A stretch of DNA of 43,647 nucleotides from a virus. Its lineage: Duplodnaviria > Caudoviricetes. Below, piece by piece: positions 15,662 to 23,493 of the stretch (positions are counted from its first letter, which is position 1; every line of letters starts with the position of its first letter). The notes below the pieces were generated by a model. It did not search any database and was not told the DNA's origin. It worked only from the letters and a program-made list of their open reading frames with translations. Location of the stretch: the IMG/VR virus record IMGVR_UViG_3300012940_000048, positions 1 to 43,647 of that record; one strand, written 5' to 3'. A program made the translations under genes and the position numbers.

Positions 15662-18087
15662 TCGACACCGCTGAACTAACCCAACAGTCGGCCCTTTCTG
15701 AAAACCATTCGCTGTGGATTTATAATGGGCTGGACTGTTGCGTCACGGAAGAGGTCCGTAAGAACCTCTCCCCCATGCTCGACAACGTAGCTCTTTCCAC
15801 CTACGAGTTCAGTAAAGCTTTGCAAGCTCCGGTCCTCGAAATGTCTATGCGGGGACTCCTTGTTAATCAGCCCCGTAAGCATCGGGTTCTTTCTGAGATG
15901 CGTAAGAAGCTTGCGGTGCTGCAGGAAAACTTTGATACGATACAGCGCGAAGGCATCGGTATTGAGCCTATCAACTGGCGGTCCCCGATGCAGCTTAACA
16001 ACTTGCTTTACGATGTGATGGGCTTGCCCGAGAAAAAGAAGAGGAACTCAAAAGGTGTCTATGCGCGTAGCAGTAACCGAGAAGCTATCGAAGCTCTCAG
16101 CGTCTACTATATCGCGGAACCGATCTGCAACTATCTACTCGCAATGCGAGATCTGGGAAAGTCCATCGGGTTCCTTGAAACTGGAATTGACCCTGACGGA
16201 CGGATGCGGTCAAACTTTAACATTGCCGGAACTAACACCGGCAGGTTTGCAAGCTCTGTCAGCGATTTTGGTACGGGCTGTGTTAGACCCACAGCCGAGG
16301 CGTTAACACCTTTCGGCTGGAAACAGTTGAAAGACCTTAAAGATGGGGATATTATAGCTCAGTACAATAACGGGGCTGTTGAGTTTGTTCCGGCTAGTTT
16401 TCATTGGGAAGATTTTTCTGGCGATCTAATATCTTACACTACAGAACAAATTACCCTTACAGTTACTCCAGATCATCGAGTCTTATCAAAAGATTATAAA
16501 GGGCGATCTGTAACAACAACCGCCCGTGATACTTTTATAAACTACAGCCAACGACAAATTCCAGTAGCCGGAAAATACGTTGGCGGATCGAAAACAGTTC
16601 CTGCATATCTCGCAATGCTTATGGCGGATTGCAGTAAAGAGGGAACTGTCTGGAGAGCCTCGTGGAAGAAAGACCGAAAGTTGGTTAGGTTTTTTAAACT
16701 CATGAAAGAGGCTGGAATTACTTACAACGAGGTAAACACTAACCGTACAGGCTATTCCAGATATACAATCTACGCGGATATAAACTTGCCGAAAACTTAT
16801 GGTCCGTGGATACTCGATCTTACTTACGAGAGCGCAAGAGCTTTGGTGGATGAAGCAAAATATTGGGATGCTCACATTCGCGGCAACAGCTTTATCTTCT
16901 ACACCGCAGATAAAGAAGAGGCAAAGTGGTTTCAAACTCTATGTCACTTAGTTGGGTACGGCACTACTCTGCGCTTGTCTAAAAACAGTAAAGAGGCTTA
17001 TGGAAATCAAAGCATTATCTATTCTGTAAATGTAAAGCCCCGTGACCATGTGCAAGTTCTCCGAAAGCATTGGGGATATACGCCCTATGAGGGAAAAGTC
17101 GGGTGTCCGCAAGTTCCCTCAACATACTGGCTCGTGCGAGAAAACGGTTTTATCAGTGTGACAGGAAACACAAATTTGCAGAACGTAACTGCATCGCTTC
17201 GTTCCGTCTTCGTCGCTGATCCAGGATACAAACTCGCCAACCTCGACCTAGAGCAGGCAGATAGCCGCAACGTCGGGGCCTTGTGCTGGAATGCGTTTGT
17301 TGAGTCGCACGGGGAAAAATGGGCCGGGGCTTATCTAGACCTCTGCGAAAGCGGGGATCTTCATACCAACGTGTGTAAGATGGCCTCACCTAATCTTGGA
17401 TGGGGCGAGCTAGTCCATGAAGACGGGCGGCCTTGGTCGGATAGAGAAATCGCAGACCAGCCCGCCTACCGCCACAAGACCTACCGAGACAATGCAAAGG
17501 TCCTCGGCCACGGCAGTAACTATCTCGGCACCCCTCCAACTATGGCGTCCCACTCTAAACTTCCGCGCAAACTCGTGGAGGAATTCCAGAAGAATTATTT
17601 TTCCGCCCTTCCCTGCATTCCCGAATGGCACAAAACAATCTTCTATGAACTTGAACAGTTCTCTTTCCTCACCACCCCCTTCGGCCGTCGCAGGTATTTC
17701 TTCGGGCGTCCGAAAGAGGCCGCAACCCGCCGTGAAGCAGTAGCCTATCAACCCCAATCAATGACAGCAGATGAAATCAACACCGGCATTCTTAACCTTT
17801 GGCGCGCCAACCGAGTCCAACTCCTCGTCCAAGTTCACGACTCAATCCTTTTCCAGTACCCCGAAGAACTCGAAGACGAGATAGTGCCTTGGGCACTTGA
17901 GACACTGAAAACGTATTTGGCGCTGGCGAAGGGGCGCGAGTTTGTTGTCCCGACCGAAGCAATGACTGGCTGGAATTGGGGCTACCATGACGAGAAAGAA
18001 AACCCGGACGGGCTCAAGAAATGGAAAGGTCATGACGATCGAAAGAGACAAGAGAAGGAGTTCAAGCTCAGCTTGCGAGGTTTGTAA
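15649..18087 (+). CDS. polA: Family A DNA polymerase (ExoIII plus polymerase domain) with intein
   Basis: YNGLD ExoIII; TNTGRFAS; NLQN; DLEQAD motif A; RDNAKVLGHGSNY motif B; QVHDS motif C. Confidence 0.93.
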   Translation: MARIIDTAELTQQSALSENHSLWIYNGLDCCVTEEVRKNLSPMLDNVALSTYEFSKALQAPVLEMSMRGLLVNQPRKHRVLSEMRKKLAVLQENFDTIQREGIGIEPINWRSPMQLNNLLYDVMGLPEKKKRNSKGVYARSSNREAIEALSVYYIAEPICNYLLAMRDLGKSIGFLETGIDPDGRMRSNFNIAGTNTGRFASSVSDFGTGCVRPTAEALTPFGWKQLKDLKDGDIIAQYNNGAVEFVPASFHWEDFSGDLISYTTEQITLTVTPDHRVLSKDYKGRSVTTTARDTFINYSQRQIPVAGKYVGGSKTVPAYLAMLMADCSKEGTVWRASWKKDRKLVRFFKLMKEAGITYNEVNTNRTGYSRYTIYADINLPKTYGPWILDLTYESARALVDEAKYWDAHIRGNSFIFYTADKEEAKWFQTLCHLVGYGTTLRLSKNSKEAYGNQSIIYSVNVKPRDHVQVLRKHWGYTPYEGKVGCPQVPSTYWLVRENGFISVTGNTNLQNVTASLRSVFVADPGYKLANLDLEQADSRNVGALCWNAFVESHGEKWAGAYLDLCESGDLHTNVCKMASPNLGWGELVHEDGRPWSDREIADQPAYRHKTYRDNAKVLGHGSNYLGTPPTMASHSKLPRKLVEEFQKNYFSALPCIPEWHKTIFYELEQFSFLTTPFGRRRYFFGRPKEAATRREAVAYQPQSMTADEINTGILNLWRANRVQLLVQVHDSILFQYPEELEDEIVPWALETLKTYLALAKGREFVVPTEAMTGWNWGYHDEKENPDGLKKWKGHDDRKRQEKEFKLSLRGL
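16279..17169 (+). mobile_element. Intein (297 aa) with degenerate LAGLIDADG-like endonuclease region
   Basis: Begins CVRPTAEALT; TVTPDH block B; ends VTGN followed by Thr+1; removal restores GTG-TNLQN; visibly AT-richer than flanks. Confidence 0.92.
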
Positions 18088-19295
18088 TGCCTCGTAAACT
18101 ACCTAACTTCATCGACTCATTCATGGAGTACACAAGCAATAAAGGGTCACCCACTCTATACCGGAAGTGGGCGGCTATCTTTACTGTTGGTGCTGCTCTT
18201 GAGCGAAAGGTATGGATACGAACTGCGAAAGGAAAACTCTTTGCAAATCAATTCGTCATCTGCGTCGGCTCCGCCGGGATCGGAAAGTCCCTCGCAACCA
18301 ACATCGTAGATGAGCTCCTCCGTTCCATTCGCACCCCCGAGACCCCATTCTTTATCTCCCCAACCTCCGTCACCAAAGCTTCCCTCATAGATGCTCTTAA
18401 CGATGCTCAGCGTCGTGTAGTTCGCCCTATGGAAATCCCCTCTGTCAACACCTTCAACTCCCTCACCGTCGTTCCCAACGAGTTCTCCGTCTTCCTCCCC
18501 TCATGGGAGGCCGACTTCATGTCCACCCTCACCGACCTTTGGGATTGCAAGCACTACAGTGAAACACGGCGCACCGCAAAACTCTCCATCGACATTCCCG
18601 ATGTACAGCTCTCAATCTTCTCCGCCACTACCCCCGCGCAGCTCACCAACCTCTTGCCAGAAGGTGCGTGGGAACAGGGTTTTATGTCCCGCGTCATTCT
18701 CGTTTACTCCGGAGAAATCGTTGAAACCGATCTCTTCGATGAACTTCAATTCGAGAGCAAGCTTTACGCTGATCTCAAAAACGACATCAAACACATCTAC
18801 TCCCTTTGGGGGGAAAGGAAAATTACTGATGAAGCGAAAGAAGTTATCCGAGCTTGGGCAAAGACAGGCGGAGCCCCGTCGCCGGACCATCCAAAGTTAA
18901 TCGGCTATTGCGCCCGACGCGCAGCGCACTTGCTCAAGCTTTGCACAATCGCATCTGCGTCATCCACCGATGAGCCCGTGATCACAATAGAGCACGTCGC
19001 AGAAGCGTTGGATTGGCTTGCAGAGGTCGAAACCTTTATGCCCGACATCTTCAAGTCTATGAAGATTGGAGCGGACGCTCGGGCCATTGATGAAGCATAT
19101 CACTACGCCATGTCCACTTACATGAAGGAGAACAAGCCCGTACTCGAGCACCGCTTAATCAACTTCCTTCAGGAGCGAGTACCGGCCCACAACGTAGGCC
19201 GGATACTGGAAGTTATGGAAAGGGCGAAGTTACTGGAAAAGCAATTTGTAGGGGGAGGACTGGGTTATATCCCCAGAGGAAAGAGGGCAGCTTAG
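18087..19295 (+). CDS. DUF3987-like P-loop ATPase, putative replicative helicase
   Basis: GSAGIGKS; PNEFS; LTDLWD; GFMSR; possible C-terminal winged helix. Confidence 0.75.
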   Translation: MPRKLPNFIDSFMEYTSNKGSPTLYRKWAAIFTVGAALERKVWIRTAKGKLFANQFVICVGSAGIGKSLATNIVDELLRSIRTPETPFFISPTSVTKASLIDALNDAQRRVVRPMEIPSVNTFNSLTVVPNEFSVFLPSWEADFMSTLTDLWDCKHYSETRRTAKLSIDIPDVQLSIFSATTPAQLTNLLPEGAWEQGFMSRVILVYSGEIVETDLFDELQFESKLYADLKNDIKHIYSLWGERKITDEAKEVIRAWAKTGGAPSPDHPKLIGYCARRAAHLLKLCTIASASSTDEPVITIEHVAEALDWLAEVETFMPDIFKSMKIGADARAIDEAYHYAMSTYMKENKPVLEHRLINFLQERVPAHNVGRILEVMERAKLLEKQFVGGGLGYIPRGKRAA

Positions 19296-19639
19296 GGGCG
19301 GCGTTGAGCCGCCTCAAGCCTTTGCAAAATTTCCTTTGTCACCTTCACGTCCGAGGCTAAATCTCCCAACGTCTTTTCCAACGCCCTCACCGAAGAAAAC
19401 GTAGTATCATTTGTTTTCTCCATATTTGTTATTCGCAACTCGTGGCTGTCGACTCGACGTAGAGCGAGTTCGTTAACGGATACTCTCGCCGATAGGTCCA
19501 TAATTTTTTGTTCATTATTTGACAGGCCGATTTGAATTGCGCTTAAGGTGTAACCCCAAGCAACAAAGCCTCCAATAAATGTAACGAGAATAGCAACTGT
19601 ATTAATATTCCATTTCCATTCCCAAGCCGGCGTTCCCAT
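19292..19639 (-). CDS. Membrane-anchored coiled-coil protein, possible holin or lysis accessory
   Basis: One TM segment (TVAILVTFIGGFVAWG) followed by a coiled coil; last gene of the lysis cassette. Confidence 0.6.
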   Translation of the reverse strand: MGTPAWEWKWNINTVAILVTFIGGFVAWGYTLSAIQIGLSNNEQKIMDLSARVSVNELALRRVDSHELRITNMEKTNDTTFSSVRALEKTLGDLASDVKVTKEILQRLEAAQRRP

Positions 19640-19653
19640 CTCTTTCTCTCCCT

Positions 19654-19863
19654 TCACTTCCAACACCCCTGCCTAATTCCAAATGTATTATGAGCGGCTA
19701 CATCTCGCGCGAATGACCGATCGTTCTGAATAATGAATTGACGTGTTTCAGATGAAGGTGTTAGTTTTTGCCATCCATCACAGTTACTGGCAGACACCGT
19801 CGGTGAACACGCCGCCAATAGTGGCACAAAGCTCAGCATTATCCATATTGCGTACTTTCTCAT
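19654..19863 (-). CDS. o-spanin (Rz1-like lipoprotein)
   Basis: Signal peptide with lipobox LLAAC; overlaps the i-spanin 3' end. Confidence 0.8.
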   Translation of the reverse strand: MRKYAIWIMLSFVPLLAACSPTVSASNCDGWQKLTPSSETRQFIIQNDRSFARDVAAHNTFGIRQGCWK

Positions 19864-20020
19864 TTGTAGCATTCCTTTCGCGCAGAGCTTCAACAGATTG
19901 AGCCAAGGTCGCCTGTCGTTCCGCTGTTGCCCCTGCTCGATAAGCTTTAATGTGAGATGCGGTAAGTAATCCCAAGACAGAGACTATACTACCCAAGATC
20001 AAAAGGAGACGAAGACTCAT
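19784..20020 (-). CDS. i-spanin (Rz-like)
   Basis: N-terminal TM, helical periplasmic part, C-terminal Cys; ATGA-coupled to endolysin. Confidence 0.75.
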   Translation of the reverse strand: MSLRLLLILGSIVSVLGLLTASHIKAYRAGATAERQATLAQSVEALRERNATNEKVRNMDNAELCATIGGVFTDGVCQ

Positions 20021-20787
20021 GCGCGAAGCTCCTCTCTTATCTGTTTGATAGAGCGGGCCAGTCTCGGGCCAAGGAAAGTCAGGATCAATACGCCGCATAG
20101 CCCGATACCTCCAAAAGCTACAATCCCCCCTATATCCTGATCGCGGAGCCACTGGATAACTGCTCCGGCCGAGCCAAAAATAGAAAGCAGATAACCCCAT
20201 AGGTTAGTCTCCTTCTTCACCTCCTTCTCCACTTTCGGAGGGACAGTTTCCTTCGCCGGCTGACCTTCGAGGTGTCGGCGCTTGACCTCTTCCAATGCGG
20301 CTTTAACTTCACTGACTTTTCCTCCAACACCCTGTCCAGCATAGGTGCCATTGCCGTCTGGCTTCGGGAAGGACGCCCATTCAGCCGAAAGATTTGTCAG
20401 CAGCGTATCCATCGACATGCGGCCGGCCAGCCATTTGTCAATCCCCCTTACTCCCAAAAGATAACAGGCCATGCGATCCTGCATATCTTCGTCATAGAGC
20501 AGGCTCTTATCGAGCTTTAGCTTCGCCTCGATCCCGCGCTTTGTCGTACGCACTATCTGGTAAGCCCCGGCGGCGGACGAGTTCCACTTGTTTTTCGGAT
20601 GCGCCAGCATCCGACCTTGCAGATCGTCGACCTGCTTTAGCGTCATCTTGACCAGATCGACCGGGCCGCCCGTATACGCATCATAGCTCAGTGTCGTATT
20701 ATATCCCCGAGCTTTTGGATTTCCGACGGTGCCCTCAAACTTTTTGATGAGGTCGAGAAGAGGCCGGTATACATAATATTTGTCCAT
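20017..20787 (-). CDS. Endolysin, lambda-R-like (GH104) lytic transglycosylase with C-terminal TM helices
   Basis: LLDLIKKFEG; SSAAGAYQI; QDRMA; EWASFP; two hydrophobic C-terminal segments. Confidence 0.88.
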   Translation of the reverse strand: MDKYYVYRPLLDLIKKFEGTVGNPKARGYNTTLSYDAYTGGPVDLVKMTLKQVDDLQGRMLAHPKNKWNSSAAGAYQIVRTTKRGIEAKLKLDKSLLYDEDMQDRMACYLLGVRGIDKWLAGRMSMDTLLTNLSAEWASFPKPDGNGTYAGQGVGGKVSEVKAALEEVKRRHLEGQPAKETVPPKVEKEVKKETNLWGYLLSIFGSAGAVIQWLRDQDIGGIVAFGGIGLCGVLILTFLGPRLARSIKQIREELRA

Positions 20788-21171
20788 GTCAGTTCCTTTC
20801 AGCATGATCACCACCCGCTTGGCGGTACGGCTTCGGTATTGCTGGTTCCATTTTCATGTTTGCAACGGTGGCAGCTTTTATCCTGATGCCCCAGGGCATC
20901 GAAGACGCCCCATCGTCTCAAGCCGCCATCGAGGAAGATGCAGATTTTTCGCCGGAACGCCTGCTCGATGATTGGCTTTATGAGATGATCGTCAAGAAGA
21001 GCCGAAGCTATATCTGCCGCACGTTTACAACTGGAAACTCCCCGCAGAGCTGACGGACAAGGTTGCTTCACGTACTTTGAGAGAGGCACGCGTCGCTCAC
21101 TTCGTCGGACCAGTGAAGTTCACGCTCCTGGATGAACCGGAAAACGCACTGGCAACGAAATTTCACGATTA

Positions 21172-21194
21172 CAGGCGCGCGGCGAACGCGCCTG
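21172..21194. terminator. GC-rich hairpin downstream of the tailspike gene
   Basis: CAGGCGCG-N7-CGCGCCTG; no clear U tract. Confidence 0.4.
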
Positions 21195-21231
21195 CTGTCA
21201 TCGGGCGATAGGCCGACTGGCTCGTCAAGAC

Positions 21232-23433
21232 TCAGACGACCCGCCTAGAGATATCGATCTCTAGTGCTCGAATATTGCTCTGCTGGACGTCGACACCGGA
21301 AGAGTTTAGTCGAGACTGCTCTTCGGCCACGTAGATGATCAACGTGTCCCCTTCAATATCCATTGACGGCACGCCGGTTTGTATGGCTATCACTGGGTCG
21401 GTGGACCCGAAATATCCCATCTGGACAGACTGAAGCTTCGCTTCCAGTTCAATGCACTTGAAGGCGGCCGCCCCCTGCGCCCGTGCTTCGGTTGCGTCAG
21501 CCACGAGCAAGTACATTGGCAGTTGCTCCACACCAAGTATCCCATCACTGTTCGAGCGTAGACGCTTCGCCGTGAACGCATAGAGTGTGTTTGTCTTCTT
21601 GTGGTAGCGAATCGGGCATGGGTTTTGGATAGAGATCTCGAACGGGAACTCGCTCTCATGATAATTGAACGTCGTCGTTAACTTTTCCACCCAATAGAAC
21701 ATCATCTTGTACGCGGCAGATTGAGTGCGCGCTATGCCGTAGGCGTACTGCGCGCTGGTGTCGTGAGCATCGACGCAAACGGTAGGTTCGGTCCGCGACG
21801 GTGTCGTTGTGAACGGGTGGTATGTCAGGGGCGATATGCTGGAGAACACATTTGTCAGATCGATAAACCCGAAATGGCCGTTCCCAGCTACACCCAAGAG
21901 CGCGCGGGCGTTCGAATAGCCGGCGAACGACTGGACCGTAACAGGTAGGTTCGCCTGCCCGCTCGACGCCTTGACGGCGGTGCCGAAGTCTACTGCTCCG
22001 CCATTGAACGTCAGTTCCGTCCACGTCGTTCCTTTCTTGATCGTGACACCGACCACCTGCCCGCCAGTCGGCGGCTTGTTGCTTCCGCCGGCAATTGCGT
22101 TGCCGACGCCGACGATCGACCCGGTGTTCCCGTTGACCCTCGTAATCGTGTAGTCGCCGGCGGCGAGCGTCACCCCATCGACTACATACGTGCCGGCCAG
22201 GGTGATCTTGTCGACGGACGCAAACAGCCCGTGGTTTTCTGGGAAGACGATCTGTACGACGTTCGATCCGGCTGTCGTGTTGAACGGCGCGGCCATCTTG
22301 TATTTCCGCAGAAGATGCCTGTGAAACATCTTCATCGAAATGATGTTGTTGCTACCGTCCATGCGCCGGTCGACGCGGAATTGCCTACCCCAAAGCACGC
22401 CCATGGCGGCACACCAGACCGAGTACGAAGGGTCTGACGCAAGCGTTTCTTCTTCCCAAGAATTGCCGCGATTGGAGCTCTGTGCGAGCTTTGCGACGTT
22501 GTCGACGGTGGCGTGGTTATCGCCGTACCCGAAGCCTACGTATCTGACACCATAGTCATTGTGCGCCTGATCTTGCGGCCAGTTCGAAACCTTGGCGCCG
22601 TTTGTTACGAAATAGTCACGCTTGATGAGGGGACTCGCCGAATAGAGGAAGTTGCCGACCTTCCAGAAGCCGTTTCGCCACTTGCCCGGCGGGATGGCGG
22701 TGACGCGATAGGTCTTGCCATTCAGATCGAATTCAGTGGCTGGATAGGCCGCCCGAAGCGCCGTAAACCTGGCCGTATCGTCGGTCACGCCATCGGCTGC
22801 GAAATCCTTGAGCGGATCAAGCAGATCGCGAACTTGGCCGAACGTCTTCGCCTCGCGCGCAGTTCCGGTCGGGTTATCCACCAGCATTGTATTGGCGGTG
22901 ACGGGTGGGAGGTCAACACCGGCAGCCGCCGCTTCCGCCGCTTCCGCCGCGCTCTGAGCAACTTCCGCCGCCTCCTGAGCGTCAATAACCCACTGATTAA
23001 GTTGTTCTACAGAAGGGGGTGTAACACCCGGAGGGACCATTAAGGCTCCCTCTGTTGCTGTTCTCAACTGCTGAATTTGAAATTCCAGTTTATCCAGTTG
23101 ATACTCCACACTCTCCGGATAAAACCCTCCTTGGTTCTCGATATCCAGTTCCTGTTTGAATGGGGCAATCCGCTGCAGAAGCAGATAAAAGTTTTCCGAA
23201 AGAGGGGGGCCGGATAGAGGATAAGTAACCTCTCCCCCATCATAGTTATCTTGACTTACTCCCGTGATAGTATATTCACCGGGATCGAGATCACGAATGA
23301 TAACTCCCGACGCCGCGTCCTGCAGCGACACCTTAACCATACTAAACTCAGGAATGCGGAAGGTGTATGGAAATTTCGTGGCAATGTTATTGCCCTGATG
23401 GCGTACCCAGTTGGTCTGAATTTCAACTGTCAT
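21232..23433 (-). CDS. Tailspike: podoviral N-terminal adaptor plus endosialidase (GH58)-like propeller
   Basis: ADGVTDDT; NGKTYRVT; NWPQD; Asp-box SSNRGNSW; HGLF; VQSFA; TEP. Confidence 0.85.
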   Translation of the reverse strand: MTVEIQTNWVRHQGNNIATKFPYTFRIPEFSMVKVSLQDAASGVIIRDLDPGEYTITGVSQDNYDGGEVTYPLSGPPLSENFYLLLQRIAPFKQELDIENQGGFYPESVEYQLDKLEFQIQQLRTATEGALMVPPGVTPPSVEQLNQWVIDAQEAAEVAQSAAEAAEAAAAGVDLPPVTANTMLVDNPTGTAREAKTFGQVRDLLDPLKDFAADGVTDDTARFTALRAAYPATEFDLNGKTYRVTAIPPGKWRNGFWKVGNFLYSASPLIKRDYFVTNGAKVSNWPQDQAHNDYGVRYVGFGYGDNHATVDNVAKLAQSSNRGNSWEEETLASDPSYSVWCAAMGVLWGRQFRVDRRMDGSNNIISMKMFHRHLLRKYKMAAPFNTTAGSNVVQIVFPENHGLFASVDKITLAGTYVVDGVTLAAGDYTITRVNGNTGSIVGVGNAIAGGSNKPPTGGQVVGVTIKKGTTWTELTFNGGAVDFGTAVKASSGQANLPVTVQSFAGYSNARALLGVAGNGHFGFIDLTNVFSSISPLTYHPFTTTPSRTEPTVCVDAHDTSAQYAYGIARTQSAAYKMMFYWVEKLTTTFNYHESEFPFEISIQNPCPIRYHKKTNTLYAFTAKRLRSNSDGILGVEQLPMYLLVADATEARAQGAAAFKCIELEAKLQSVQMGYFGSTDPVIAIQTGVPSMDIEGDTLIIYVAEEQSRLNSSGVDVQQSNIRALEIDISRRVV

Positions 23434-23452
23434 GGCAAAGTTCCTTGAGTTT

Positions 23453-23487
23453 GGTATGGTCCTATGTCATCGACATATAACCATACC
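23453..23487. repeat. 35-bp imperfect palindrome, copy 2
   Basis: GG-TATGG-tcct-ATG-tcatcga-CAT-ataa-CCATA-CC. Confidence 0.8.
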
Positions 23488-23493
23488 TAGCTG

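Noticed and set aside
20808-23433. BPP-1-like diversity-generating retroelement
   Set aside because: No reverse transcriptase and no template/variable repeat pair seen near the tailspike
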